Of a stretch of 49,349 nt of DNA, positions 10,198 through 20,706 are shown piece by piece (positions within the stretch are counted from its first letter, which is position 1; every line of letters begins with the position of its first letter). Below the pieces are notes generated by a model. The model was not told the origin of the DNA and made no database searches. It saw nothing but the letters and a program-made list of their open reading frames with translations. Source of the DNA: a virus (Duplodnaviria; Heunggongvirae; Uroviricota; Caudoviricetes). A program made the translations under genes and the position numbers. The DNA lies in the IMG/VR virus record IMGVR_UViG_2529292718_000007. One strand, given 5' to 3'.

Positions 10198-11188
10198 AAC
10201 GCTTTTTGATGTTATATATCAGAATGTAAATATTACCGCTCATATGTCACCTGATGTTTTGTCAATGTCTTATACAGATAATGAAGATGGTCAGGTCGAT
10301 GATATTTCTATTATATTAAAAAATGATGATGGGAAATGGTCTGGAGACTGGACACCTAAAAAGGGTGATTTTATTGATTTGAGCTTTAAGCCTATAAATC
10401 AAATCGTCCTTGAGTGCGGGAAATTCCAGGTAGATGGCATAACTTGCTCTGGACCACCTTCTGTGGTTGAGGTAACTGCTGTTTCTGTTCCTGTTTCATC
10501 AGGCATTAGACGTGATTTAAAAAGTAATGCATGGGAAAAAACAACTCTTAAAGATATAGCAACTTCTATAGCTAAATTAGCTAACCTTGAACTGTTGTTT
10601 CTTATTGATGGTGATAGTAATCCATATTATGCGCGTGAAGATCAAATGGAGGAAAGCGATTTAAAATTTCTCCATCGACTTTGCCAGGATGAAGGGTTGT
10701 CGTTAAAGGTCACTGATAGCCAATTAATAATATTTGCTCAAGAGATGTTTGAGCAAAAAGATCCTATCGCTACGCTTACGTTAGGTATTGATGAGATAAT
10801 CAGATATAGCTTTAGCACACAATCTACAGATTTGTATAAAAGTTGCACGTGCAAATATCGCGTACCTAAAAAAAGAAAGTCGCTTTCGTATACTTGGGTA
10901 GATCCATCCGTAGAAGAAGGGTCGAATCTTAAGATAAGAAAACTGGTAGCTAATTTAGATGAAGCAAAACGTAAGGCAAAGGCTGCTTTGCGGCTTAAAA
11001 ATAGATATCAAAATACCGGATCTTTAGTATTGGTTGGAGACACCAGATTGGTAGCTGGTGTAACTATAAATCTGGAGGGATTCGGTTCATTTTCTGGAAA
11101 ATATCTTATATCGAAAGCTGTGCATTCAATTGGGACTAGTGGTTATACCACCTCGATTGATGTCCGAAGAGTAATTAATGGGTATTAA
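10187..11188 (+). CDS. Tail protein D-like (late control D family, baseplate hub)
   Basis: 333 aa; N-terminal pattern resembles P2 gpD/Mu P family; position. Confidence 0.65.
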   Translation: MLRKTLFDVIYQNVNITAHMSPDVLSMSYTDNEDGQVDDISIILKNDDGKWSGDWTPKKGDFIDLSFKPINQIVLECGKFQVDGITCSGPPSVVEVTAVSVPVSSGIRRDLKSNAWEKTTLKDIATSIAKLANLELLFLIDGDSNPYYAREDQMEESDLKFLHRLCQDEGLSLKVTDSQLIIFAQEMFEQKDPIATLTLGIDEIIRYSFSTQSTDLYKSCTCKYRVPKKRKSLSYTWVDPSVEEGSNLKIRKLVANLDEAKRKAKAALRLKNRYQNTGSLVLVGDTRLVAGVTINLEGFGSFSGKYLISKAVHSIGTSGYTTSIDVRRVINGY

Positions 11189-11190
11189 TT

Positions 11191-11811
11191 ATGAATGATT
11201 TAGAAACATTATTACGTCAGACTATAAGAGTTGGCGTTGTTTCTGATATTGATGATGGTGATGTTACAGCAAGAGTTACTTTCGATGATCAGGATAACGT
11301 CACTTCGGCAAAGTTATCAGTTATTGTGAAAAATACAGATAAGAATGCTGATTACTGGATGCCAGATATTGGTGAGCAAGTTTTGTGTATCTTTCATCCC
11401 GCGGGGCCGCAACAAGGTTTTATTCTTGGTAGTTTTTATGATGAAACACAGAAGCCGCCATCTAATACTGTTAATAAACGCGTCATTAGATTTAATAACG
11501 GAACTCGTATTGAGATAGACAGAGAATCTAATTTACTCCTTGTTGATGCTGTCGGAGATGTAACCATTAAGGCTACAGGAACCGTAACTATTGATGCTCC
11601 AGAAACCATCATTACCGGAAATGCTACAGTTGAAGGATTACTAACCTTCAAAGGTGGAATGAAAGGATCTTCTGCTGGAGGTGTTGCAGCTACAATTTCT
11701 GGGAATGTTAAGGTTGTTGGTGGTGATATAGATGTTGATGGGATTAAATCTAAAGGCCACCATCACACAGCTCAGGGGGAATACGCTCCGACAACGGAGG
11801 CTCAGGCATGA
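11191..11811 (+). CDS. Baseplate assembly protein V (spike)
   Basis: 206 aa; gpV-like repetitive beta-helix segment TIKATGTVTIDAPETIITGNATVEG. Confidence 0.7.
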   Translation: MNDLETLLRQTIRVGVVSDIDDGDVTARVTFDDQDNVTSAKLSVIVKNTDKNADYWMPDIGEQVLCIFHPAGPQQGFILGSFYDETQKPPSNTVNKRVIRFNNGTRIEIDRESNLLLVDAVGDVTIKATGTVTIDAPETIITGNATVEGLLTFKGGMKGSSAGGVAATISGNVKVVGGDIDVDGIKSKGHHHTAQGEYAPTTEAQA

Positions 11812-12275
11812 TTGTGGGTATGCTTGGTACAATGCCTTTTGTTGCCTCATCAATAGTGGTGAATACGTTCAACAATTTTAAAAGGACGTCAAAGCGTCGT
11901 GTAGCGCGCCATGATGTTATTGGGCTTAAACCTGTTCTGGAGGATATAGGTCCAGATCTGGATGAAGTTAGTTTTAATATGCGGTTGGATACAACACTTG
12001 GCATTGTTCCATTGGCTGCGCTTTCATTACTTAGGACAATGCAATCAATTCAGGAAGTAAATCCTGTTGTAATTGGTATTCAGTATTTTGGTAATTTTAT
12101 AATTACAGATATAGAGGAATCATGGACTTATTTCGGTCCAACTGGGAATCCACGAGTGATTATCGTCGGCATTAAATTACAGGAAGTCGGACAGACCTCT
12201 CTGAAAGAAGCATTAGTTGATATTGCTGGCAATATAGAGTCAAAAACTAGAAGTGCGTTAGGTAAATTATTATGA
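11808..12275 (+). CDS. Putative baseplate protein
   Basis: 155 aa ORF with overlapping start/stop between gpV-like and gpW-like genes. Confidence 0.4.
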   Translation: MIVGMLGTMPFVASSIVVNTFNNFKRTSKRRVARHDVIGLKPVLEDIGPDLDEVSFNMRLDTTLGIVPLAALSLLRTMQSIQEVNPVVIGIQYFGNFIITDIEESWTYFGPTGNPRVIIVGIKLQEVGQTSLKEALVDIAGNIESKTRSALGKLL

Positions 12276-12592
12276 ATAATACGTTTACCATATCATCACC
12301 TTCTTACTCGATTGATTGGTCGCCCAAAACAGTTGTAGAAGAAGTTTTGCAAAATGTCTCTACTATTATTAATACTCAAATTGGCACTGTACCATATGCC
12401 AGAAAATTAGGAATTAATTCAAGTCTTGTTGATAGCCCTAGTCCAATTTTTATTGCTACAGCAACACGAGAAATAATTCAAAAAATTAGTGAGTTTGAGC
12501 CTAGAGCGATTATCCATTCTGTTACTTTTGAAAGAACGGACGTTTCTGATGGTTTTATTAGGCCAAAACTTGTGATAGGAGTTAGAGAATGA
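12272..12592 (+). CDS. Baseplate wedge protein (GPW/gp25 family)
   Basis: 106 aa; gp25-like pattern (PYARKLGINSSLVDSP...EFEPRAII). Confidence 0.7.
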   Translation: MNNTFTISSPSYSIDWSPKTVVEEVLQNVSTIINTQIGTVPYARKLGINSSLVDSPSPIFIATATREIIQKISEFEPRAIIHSVTFERTDVSDGFIRPKLVIGVRE

Positions 12593-13713
12593 CGTTGCCG
12601 CGTGGTGGTTTGCCAGATATTACTTTCGCAGATTCTAACCCGACTGATATAACAACTCGTTCAATCAGGGCTTTTGAGAGTATAACAGGTGAAACATTAG
12701 CACCTGCTGATCCACGTAGATTATTCATCTTATCATTGTGTGAGATTATTATACAGCAAAGAAAAGCTATCGATTTTTCTGCAAAACAAAACCTTCTTAC
12801 ATATGGTGAAGGTGAATATCTCGACCATATAGGCTATCTGACGGATACGCCTAGGCTGGAAGCTCAATCTGCCTTGACTACATTTGAGTTTAATCTGTCA
12901 ACAAAATTATCGGGGATATATACAATACCTGCTGGCACTCAAGTTTCAACTGGAAATGGTGTTATTTTCCAAACAGATATTTTGTTGGAAATACCTGCTG
13001 GGAAAACAGTTGGTACAGTCTCAGGATATGCTGTTATACCTGGTTTATCTGGGAATGGCTTTTTACCAGGGCAAATAAATGAGTTGGTGACTCCGTTGCC
13101 GTATGTTTCCAGCGTAAGGAATGTAACAACATCTAATTCTGGTGCTGATACGGAGTCAGATGATAATTATGCTGAAAGAATAAAACTGTCGCCGGAAAAA
13201 CTGTCTACAGCAGGGCCGGAGGATTCTTATAAATATTGGACAAGAACAGCCAATCAGAATATAAAAGATGTGAATGTATATACACCATCGCCCGGAATTG
13301 TAGAAATCCGTTCTTTGTTAGAGAACGGAGATATACCTTCTAATGAACTATTAGAGCAGATAAATAGCGTTCTCTCTGCAACTAATATTCGACCATTCAC
13401 AGATAAAGTTCTTGTTAAGAAACCAGAGAGCATTGAATACGATATAATAATTAAATACTGGATTAACTCATCGGACAAAAACAGAACAACTTTAATTCAA
13501 AGTGAGGTTGAGAAAGCTATTGATGAGTATAAACAATGGCAACGTTCGGTTATGGGAAGAGATATAAATCCAGATGAAATTATTCAACGTTTAAAAAATG
13601 CTGGGGCTAAAAGATTAGAAATATCAAGTCCTGTTTTTACTGTGATTGGAGAGACACAGGTCGCCAGAGAGAGAAATATAAATTGCCAGTATGCGGGGTT
13701 AGAGGATGGCTGA
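12589..13713 (+). CDS. Baseplate protein J-like
   Basis: 374 aa; follows gp25-like gene as in P2/Mu baseplate clusters. Confidence 0.7.
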   Translation: MTLPRGGLPDITFADSNPTDITTRSIRAFESITGETLAPADPRRLFILSLCEIIIQQRKAIDFSAKQNLLTYGEGEYLDHIGYLTDTPRLEAQSALTTFEFNLSTKLSGIYTIPAGTQVSTGNGVIFQTDILLEIPAGKTVGTVSGYAVIPGLSGNGFLPGQINELVTPLPYVSSVRNVTTSNSGADTESDDNYAERIKLSPEKLSTAGPEDSYKYWTRTANQNIKDVNVYTPSPGIVEIRSLLENGDIPSNELLEQINSVLSATNIRPFTDKVLVKKPESIEYDIIIKYWINSSDKNRTTLIQSEVEKAIDEYKQWQRSVMGRDINPDEIIQRLKNAGAKRLEISSPVFTVIGETQVARERNINCQYAGLEDG

Positions 13714-14287
13714 TATCTTTAATGTTAGCTTGTTGGATGTTTTACCTCCTAACTTAGCTAGCGATCCCAACGTGATAGCTATGTCGAAAGCTATTGATGA
13801 TGAACTACAAGCAATTAACAATTTAATATATAAGACAGAAATATATAGCGTTGTTGATAACCTGGACTCAGTTGTTCTCGATCATTTAGCTTGGCAATGG
13901 AATGCTGATACATGGAGGGATAGTTGGCCTGTATTGTTAAAGCGTTCTGTTTTTAAATCAATAATACGAACAAAGCGAATAAAGGGTACAAGGGCAGCGG
14001 TTGAAGATGTAGTAAATAGCTTGGGTGGAGAGGTAAACATAACAGAATGGTTTGAAACATCACCACCTGGCGAACCATATACAGCCTCAATTGTTGCTTC
14101 GATTAACTCTTTTGATGGTGCTGTTCCTTCGAAAGAGATGTTGGAGGATACGTTAAGAAGTATCAAGAGTGCAAAGTCGGCAAGAACACTATTTACATTT
14201 TCGCAAGCAACCAATGTTTCAGGTGGTGTTGGTATTGTCGGTGCTTTCCAGCCTGTGTCTTATGTACGATTAATTGGTGAGTGCTAA
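13706..14287 (+). CDS. Tail protein I-like
   Basis: 193 aa; resembles P2 gpI (HLAWQWNADTWRDSWP..., VNITEWFETSPPGEP). Confidence 0.65.
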   Translation: MADIFNVSLLDVLPPNLASDPNVIAMSKAIDDELQAINNLIYKTEIYSVVDNLDSVVLDHLAWQWNADTWRDSWPVLLKRSVFKSIIRTKRIKGTRAAVEDVVNSLGGEVNITEWFETSPPGEPYTASIVASINSFDGAVPSKEMLEDTLRSIKSAKSARTLFTFSQATNVSGGVGIVGAFQPVSYVRLIGEC

Positions 14288-14317
14288 TTTGCGATTTGTT
14301 AATCCAAGGAATTAAGC

Positions 14318-17164
14318 GTGAGTAAATTATTATTTACGATGACTGACGCCGGGCGTAAGGCGCTGGTTAATGCCAACAAGACTGGAACAAATAAAGTTGA
14401 GATCGTTTCTGTTGGTTTAGGTAGTAGATATTATGCCACATCAACCACACAAACAAAAATAACAGATGAAATAAAGCGACTTACCACAATAGGAGGCAAA
14501 GTCGTTTCTCCTGATACCATTCATGTAACTGCGAAGGATGATAGTAAAGATGAGTATGTTGTCCATACAATAGGTTTGTATACAAATAAAGGAACATTGT
14601 TTGCTGTATACTCGCAAGAACAAGTAATAATAAATAAAGCATCTTCTACAATTGCTTTAATATCAAGTGATATAGCAATTAAAAATCTTGATACTAAAAA
14701 CATTACATTTGGTGATGTTGAGTTTATTAACCCTCCCGCAACCGAAACTGTTGTTGGAGTAGCAAGATTTGCTAATGAACAAGAAATTGATGCAGGTACA
14801 GATGATTCCCTGGCTGTTTCAGCAAAGCGGCTTAAGCAAGCTATTGTAAAACATGAGCAATCACGTAATCATCCTGATGCAACTTTAACATCAAAAGGCA
14901 TTGTTCAACTCAGTAATGCCACCAATAGCACGTCTGAAAAGCTCGCAGCGACGCCTAAGGCTGTTAAGGCTGCATATGACCTGGCTGACGGAAAATATAC
15001 CGCCCAGAATGCCACCACGGCACAAAAAGGGATAGTTCAGCTCAGTAGTGCCACTAACAGTACGTCTGAAACGCAGGCGGCAACGCCAAAAGCGGTCAAG
15101 GCAGCAAATGACAACGCAAATTCACGTCTGGCGAAAAATCAGAACGGTGCAGATATCCAGGATAAATCAGCTTTTCTGGACAATGTTGGCGTTACCAGCC
15201 TGACGTTTATGAAAAACAATGGCGAAATGCCGCTTGATGCTGATCTGAATACGTTTGGTCCTGTTAAGGCTTATTCAGGTATCTGGTCTAAAGCAACATC
15301 CACCAACGCAACACTGGAGAAAAATTTCCCGGAAGATAATGCTGTCGGTGTGCTTGAGGTTTTTGCTGCCGGCCATTTTGCAGGTACGCAACGCTTTACC
15401 ACGAGAGACGGCAATGTATACATGCGTAAACTCGCCAATAAGTGGAATGGCACTGATGGTCCGTGGGGCGTATGGCGTCACACTCAATCTGCTACCCGCC
15501 CTTTGAGTACGACTATAGACCTGAATACGCTTGGAGCCGCCGAGCATCTTGGTTTATGGCGTAACAGTAGCTCAGCTATAGCTTCATATGAACGCAATTA
15601 TCCAGAGGAAGGCGGCTTTGCTCAGGGGATGCTTGAGATCCTCGAAGGCGGAAATTATGGAAGAACGCAACGTTATACCACTCGCCGTGGAAATATGTAT
15701 GTCCGCTGTCTTGCGGCAAGCTGGGATGCATCAAATCCGCAGTGGGAACCGTGGTTAAGAGTCGGTCATCAGTCAGAGAGTCGTTATTACGAAGGTGATT
15801 TGAATGATGTAACCTCACCAGGTATTTACAGCGTTACAGGTAAAGCGACCAACGGTCCAGTACTGGACGGAAACGGCGTGACTGTACTCGGCATTCTGGA
15901 AGTGTTGAGGCGGTTTGATGGTGTTAATGTATGGCAGCGTTATACAACTGCCGGAACAGGTACAACCCTTAAAGGCCGCACCTTTGAGCGCGTCTTTACC
16001 GGCAGCTCATGGAGCGAATGGCGGGAAGTCTACACCTCGTATTCACTTCCCCTGAATCTGGGTATCGGCGGTGCTGTGGCAAAGCTCACCAGCCTGGACT
16101 GGCAGACCTACGATTTTGTGCCGGGCAGTCTGATAACCGTTCGGCTTGATAACATGACCAATATTCCCGACGGTATGGACTGGGGCGTCATTGATGGCAA
16201 CCTGATAAACATCTCAGTCGGTCCGAGTGATGATTCTGGTTCGGGACGCTCAATGCATGTATGGCGCAGCACTGTAAGTAAAGCCAACTACCGCTTTTTT
16301 ATGGTTCGCATTTCAGGAAATCCGGGAAGCCGCACGATCACGACAAGACGTGTGCCAATTATCGACGAAGCTCAGACATGGATGGCGAAACAGACATTCA
16401 GCGGTGGTCTTTCAGGCGAACTATCCGGCAATGCTGCTACAGCAACAAAGCTGAAAACGGCAAGGACAATTAACGGCGTAAAATTTGACGGCTCGGCAAA
16501 TATTGAAGCGTTTCCGCCAGGTGTTCCGCTGCCGTGGCCATCAGATACGCCACCTGCAGGTTATGCAATCATGCAGGGGCAGACGTTTGATAAGGCAGCA
16601 TATCCGAAACTGGCTATTGCCTATCCTTCTGGTGTTATTCCAGATATGCGCGGCTGGACAATCAAGGGCAACCCCGCCAGTGGTCGGGCCGTATTGTCTC
16701 AGGAACAGGATGGCATTAAATCGCACACCCACAGTGCCAGCGCATCCAGTACGGATTTGGGTACGAAAACCACATCGTCGTTTGATTACGGTACTAAATC
16801 AACGAATAACACAGGTGCACATACCCACAATGTATCTGGTACTGCAAATAGTGCTGGCGCACATACTCATACCGTTCCATTAAGGAGACCAAACAGTGGC
16901 GGTATGAATTTCGACTGGCTGGATGGTTCATCAAGTGGCACGGTGGTGGGGAATGGAACTGTGCCTTCTTCTGGCGCACATACCCACTCAGTATCAGGTA
17001 CCGCTACAAGTGCTGGGGCACATGCACACACTGTTGGTATTGGCGCTCATACGCACTCTGTTAAGATTGGTTCACATGGACACACCATCACCGTTAACGC
17101 TGCTGGTAACGCGGAAAACACCGTTAAAAACATCGCATTTAATTATATTGTGAGGCTTGCATAA
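14318..17164 (+). CDS. Tail fibre protein
   Basis: 948 aa; tandem fibre repeats (GIVQLSxATNSTSE..[10 protein letters not shown] twice), duplicated central domain, His-rich C-terminal repeats (GAHTHxVSGTA...). Confidence 0.85.
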   Translation: MSKLLFTMTDAGRKALVNANKTGTNKVEIVSVGLGSRYYATSTTQTKITDEIKRLTTIGGKVVSPDTIHVTAKDDSKDEYVVHTIGLYTNKGTLFAVYSQEQVIINKASSTIALISSDIAIKNLDTKNITFGDVEFINPPATETVVGVARFANEQEIDAGTDDSLAVSAKRLKQAIVKHEQSRNHPDATLTSKGIVQLSNATNSTSEKLAATPKAVKAAYDLADGKYTAQNATTAQKGIVQLSSATNSTSETQAATPKAVKAANDNANSRLAKNQNGADIQDKSAFLDNVGVTSLTFMKNNGEMPLDADLNTFGPVKAYSGIWSKATSTNATLEKNFPEDNAVGVLEVFAAGHFAGTQRFTTRDGNVYMRKLANKWNGTDGPWGVWRHTQSATRPLSTTIDLNTLGAAEHLGLWRNSSSAIASYERNYPEEGGFAQGMLEILEGGNYGRTQRYTTRRGNMYVRCLAASWDASNPQWEPWLRVGHQSESRYYEGDLNDVTSPGIYSVTGKATNGPVLDGNGVTVLGILEVLRRFDGVNVWQRYTTAGTGTTLKGRTFERVFTGSSWSEWREVYTSYSLPLNLGIGGAVAKLTSLDWQTYDFVPGSLITVRLDNMTNIPDGMDWGVIDGNLINISVGPSDDSGSGRSMHVWRSTVSKANYRFFMVRISGNPGSRTITTRRVPIIDEAQTWMAKQTFSGGLSGELSGNAATATKLKTARTINGVKFDGSANIEAFPPGVPLPWPSDTPPAGYAIMQGQTFDKAAYPKLAIAYPSGVIPDMRGWTIKGNPASGRAVLSQEQDGIKSHTHSASASSTDLGTKTTSSFDYGTKSTNNTGAHTHNVSGTANSAGAHTHTVPLRRPNSGGMNFDWLDGSSSGTVVGNGTVPSSGAHTHSVSGTATSAGAHAHTVGIGAHTHSVKIGSHGHTITVNAAGNAENTVKNIAFNYIVRLA

Positions 17165-17781
17165 TGGCATTCAGAATGAGTGAACAATCACGTACCGTAA
17201 AAATTTATAACCTGCTGGCCGGAACTAATGAGTTTATTGGTGAAGGTGACGCATATATTCCACCTCATACAGGGCTGCCAGCTAATTCTACAGATATCGC
17301 CCCACCGGAAATTCCTGCTGGCTTTGTGGCAGTTTTTAACAGTGAAAATGAATCGTGGAATATTGTTGAAGACCATCGTGGTAAAACGGTCTATGACGTG
17401 GCGTCGGGGGACGCATTGTTTATTTCTGAACTCGGACCGCTACCAGAGAATGTCACCTGGTTGTCGCCAGCAGGGGAGTATCAGAAGTGGGACGGCGTAT
17501 CCTGGGTGAATGATGAGGAAGCAGAAAAACTGTTTCGGATACGGGAAGCGGAAGAGAAAAAGGCAAGGTTGATCCAGGAAGCAACAGATAACATCGCAAT
17601 TCTGCAGGATGCAGTTAATCTTGAAATAGCAACAAACGAGGAAAATTCACAACTGGATTCCTGGAGAAAATACAGAGTATTAGTGAGTAGAATTGACACC
17701 AGTACAGCTCCGGATATCGTATGGCCAGAGCTGATGAATCAGGGTTATGTTCGGGAGGACGAGCAGATAACTTCAGACTGA
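17164..17781 (+). CDS. Tail fibre assembly protein
   Basis: 205 aa; immediately follows fibre gene; Tfa-like N-terminus and acidic coiled C-terminus. Confidence 0.7.
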   Translation: MAFRMSEQSRTVKIYNLLAGTNEFIGEGDAYIPPHTGLPANSTDIAPPEIPAGFVAVFNSENESWNIVEDHRGKTVYDVASGDALFISELGPLPENVTWLSPAGEYQKWDGVSWVNDEEAEKLFRIREAEEKKARLIQEATDNIAILQDAVNLEIATNEENSQLDSWRKYRVLVSRIDTSTAPDIVWPELMNQGYVREDEQITSD

Positions 17782-18308
17782 AATTTAGTGATGAATGTTG
17801 AATCATCAGGAATATCATGCAATACCAATGCATGAGCACCTATTGTGACATTGTTTCCTATACGCACTTTGCCACCAAGAATGGTGGCATTACAACCAAT
17901 GGTCACATTATGCCCTATAACAATATCCATATCATTAAATTCCCCGCGAAGTCCAATAGTTACTCCGGGCTTAATTGAACAATTTTCACCGATTGTTACT
18001 TTGTGACCGATAACAACACTGTTGAGATAAGAAATATCAAAGCCTTTCCCTATATTTACAGTTAAAGGGACTGTTACATTATATTTATCAAGAATGAAAC
18101 GTTCTATTTTTCCCGCAATCTTCCGACAGTATCCGCCTTTATCAAAAAGGTATTTGGCTATGCGCCACCAAAATAAATAACGAACCCTTCTATGTTTTAT
18201 TGCGCGAACAATTGCCTTTCGCCAGGAGAAAGGACGCTCGCTACCGATTACTTCATAGTGAATACAGTCTTTAAGTTCATTAATATTCATATCTTTATTA
18301 TTCAGCAT
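17745..18308 (-). CDS. Hexapeptide-repeat acetyltransferase (WcaB/CysE-like)
   Basis: 187 aa; tandem hexapeptide repeats ([21 protein letters not shown]...[14 protein letters not shown]); AT-rich; convergent with and overlapping 3' end of fibre-assembly gene. Confidence 0.75.
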   Translation of the reverse strand: MLNNKDMNINELKDCIHYEVIGSERPFSWRKAIVRAIKHRRVRYLFWWRIAKYLFDKGGYCRKIAGKIERFILDKYNVTVPLTVNIGKGFDISYLNSVVIGHKVTIGENCSIKPGVTIGLRGEFNDMDIVIGHNVTIGCNATILGGKVRIGNNVTIGAHALVLHDIPDDSTFITKFQSEVICSSSRT

Positions 18309-18782
18309 AAGATAATCATGTGACCAATTATTGTAATAATTTTAATGGTATGTTTCTACTGGCTATCCAGCGTGTCTGATATCCAGTAACAAATCGTCAA
18401 CACGGGTGCAATCAAATGGTGAGTGTTAAGACTGACCACTTATTACCAGGTATGAGTGGCCAGCATTAAATCAGAACAGCCCTTTAACTGAACTGGCCGC
18501 GCTGTTAAGGGATGATGTCACCTTATCTTTGAAGCCGGACAGCATATTGCTGAACGATGAGTTTACCGCAGGTTTCTGGCTGGGAATCATTGACTGGAGT
18601 TAGGCCAGTAGTATGATGCTCGCAAAACGAGATCCAATTTAGATCCTTTTACTGGTGGATTATCGTTCGATCAGTGAGAGACTTCGTGCATGACCGAAAG
18701 TGTTGTGGTAGAGTTCTCTTAAAACCACGTAACGTGGTTATGATTGTGGGTGTCTGGTTGGAAAGTGACCAGATATGGAAAC

Positions 18783-18895
18783 AAAAAGCCCGCAGATAAA
18801 TCTGCGGGCTTCTTGCGACATCCACGGAAAACCAACAACTAACCATGGGCGCCTCGACAACTCCCATTATACGTTGGTTTTCCGTGGACGCAAGA
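18783..18895 (-). ncRNA. Candidate CopA-like antisense RNA opposite the repA leader
   Basis: Minus-strand hairpin GCCCGCAGA-ttta-TCTGCGGGC followed by TTTTT (about 18782-18810) and a 15 bp stem (CCACGGAAAACCAAC / GTTGGTTTTCCGTGG, 18812-18889) in the repA leader; promoter not located. Confidence 0.4.
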
Positions 18896-18903
18896 GCGAA
18901 CAT

Positions 18904-19752
18904 ATGGATAGACCAATGCCGTCTCTACGTTCAGCTTACGTTTGTAATTTGTCGCCGGAGTTCCAGCCTCCAAAGCACCATACGCACAAGCTGCCGCTGG
19001 TGTTATCTGATGCTTTACAGCGCATTAATGGGCGTGATCTTACGTGTGAGGTTGCGTTCTACGTTAATCAACCGTCAGAGCGGAAGCGCCGGATAAACGA
19101 GCATCGTCGTCGGGCGATTAATGCTGTGATCGCTGCGATTTTGCACCATGTAAACATCATTTCTAAGCGGGTTCTGGCCAGTGCTGAGGCGTTGGCTGAT
19201 TTTTGCGGCCTGTCTACCGTATCCGAAGCTGGGAACAAGTCTATAACGCGCTGTACAAGGGCGTTGTCGCAACTGAAAGCGTTAGGTTTTATTGATTATG
19301 AACGTCGCTGGGATCGGGTGAATAAACAGTATTGGCCAGCGAAAATAGAGATTCGTGATCAACTGCTGGAAACCGTTGGTATTACTGAACAAGCATGGAG
19401 ACGTGCGGTTAGCCAGAAACTTAATTACTTCAATGCGAAGAATAGCGAACGGCTTAAAAAAGCGATAACGGAGGCTGATTATAAGCGTATTGTTATTCAG
19501 GAGCAGATGGAGAATGTATGGCATCAGAGGAAGACGGCCAGAGAGATAAAGGCAAAACAGAAAGCAGCGGAGAGAGCTGCGCGTCTTGTTCGGGAAAAGG
19601 GAGAGGCCGAACTTCGTCATCAAATCACTAGAGAGGTTAGCCAGGAATTTGCTGATGGCATGTATCCTGGAGCTGACCTTGCATATTTACGATCCCTCGT
19701 TGAGCAGCGTTATAACAGGTTAAGAAAGACCTGGAAATCACTCCAACATTAA
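18904..19752 (+). CDS. repA: Plasmid replication initiator RepA (IncFII RepA1 family)
   Basis: Clear RepA1-like motifs (RRRAINAVIAAILHH, CGLSTVSEAGNKSITRCTRALSQLKALGFIDYE); track ORF begins at ATG 18775 but the leader hairpins lie inside that extension; alternative starts 18775/18916. Confidence 0.8.
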   Translation: MDRPMPSLRSAYVCNLSPEFQPPKHHTHKLPLVLSDALQRINGRDLTCEVAFYVNQPSERKRRINEHRRRAINAVIAAILHHVNIISKRVLASAEALADFCGLSTVSEAGNKSITRCTRALSQLKALGFIDYERRWDRVNKQYWPAKIEIRDQLLETVGITEQAWRRAVSQKLNYFNAKNSERLKKAITEADYKRIVIQEQMENVWHQRKTAREIKAKQKAAERAARLVREKGEAELRHQITREVSQEFADGMYPGADLAYLRSLVEQRYNRLRKTWKSLQH

Positions 19753-19759
19753 CCCACCT

Positions 19760-20250
19760 GAATGATGAATCCGGTTTTACCGGAGGATTATCTACGTCGC
19801 AATAAAATATCTGTTCAAAAAACAATCTAAATTAATTTTCTCTAAACCGGAACACAGCAAAAATATCGCCTTTACAGGCATCGGCTAATAAAGTTATCCA
19901 CAGTTTTGATATGTATATGCAAATGGTTTTTTATAATAGATGCACTAAACAAATAAATGCAAAATCACTTTCTTTTATTAAGACTTTCTTTATTTAACTT
20001 ACGCAGGCTTTGCCTGTGAATATGTTCGCCCTTGCAGCGAGCTAAAGCTCGCGCCGGTTCGAGTCGCTACGCTCAAATATACCTCCTCCGGCACTTGCCG
20101 GAGGCATGGAGCAGCCTGATCATCCTTTTCGAAACGGCGCGTTTCGAACTATACAAAATCAATTTATATAAGGCCGAAATAAGGCCTACGGCCGGGCTTT
20201 GCAGGAGGAAGGGGCGAGCCTTATCAATAAACGTCGAGAAATACGCACAC
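19760..20250. other. Putative replication origin region (oriR-like) downstream of repA
   Basis: Consensus DnaA box TTATCCACA at 19893..19901 in AT-rich DNA, followed by GC-rich segment with several hairpins/palindromes (CCTCCGGCacttGCCGGAGG, TTCGAAACGgcgcGTTTCGAA). Confidence 0.45.
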
Positions 20251-20383
20251 AGTAGCCATCAGAACGCGATAAAACGTAAGAAACATCATTTCCTATTAGA
20301 CATAGAAAACTTGTCTTATACGCAATGTAGTAAATTTCTATTGCCACATAGGAAAAGATTTCCTACCATCGTAGATATAATAA

Positions 20384-20683
20384 ATGGAGATGGTTATGGA
20401 TAAAGATACTGTTTTAAAAATGTTGAATCCGGCTTGTTTAAAAAAAGCGGATGAATGGGAATCTCCTACATGTGGAGAAGTTCGGGCAGTCATTGGCCTC
20501 ACCGGAATGAGTGGCTCGCAGTTGGCCAAAAAACTAGGCTTAAAAGATAGTCGCAATGTTCGCAACTGGCAGATGTTAAAGGAGTCCACATCCAGATCCA
20601 GCATTCCGTATGCAGCCTGGGCGCTGCTGTGTTACTTCGCTGGGTTAGGGTTAATCTTCATTGATAACAAAACAGATGTTTGA
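20384..20683 (+). CDS. HTH-domain protein with C-terminal hydrophobic segment
   Basis: 99 aa; HTH-like GLTGMSGSQLAKKLGL; hydrophobic tail; stop overlaps next ORF. Confidence 0.45.
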   Translation: MEMVMDKDTVLKMLNPACLKKADEWESPTCGEVRAVIGLTGMSGSQLAKKLGLKDSRNVRNWQMLKESTSRSSIPYAAWALLCYFAGLGLIFIDNKTDV

Positions 20684-20706
20684 AACATGCAAATATGAGG
20701 TTTGTT

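Noticed and set aside
18479-18597. 39-codon Ser-rich minus-strand ORF between the acetyltransferase and repA
   Set aside because: Short, no clear RBS, not in track; cannot distinguish gene remnant from chance.
18649-18903. 84 aa minus-strand ORF across the repA leader
   Set aside because: Overlaps the conserved leader stem-loops; a short antisense RNA ending at the minus-strand terminator is more plausible than a protein.
20032-20403. 123 aa plus-strand ORF across the origin-like region
   Set aside because: Lies in hairpin-rich non-coding DNA with a DnaA box upstream; no RBS and no recognisable protein features.
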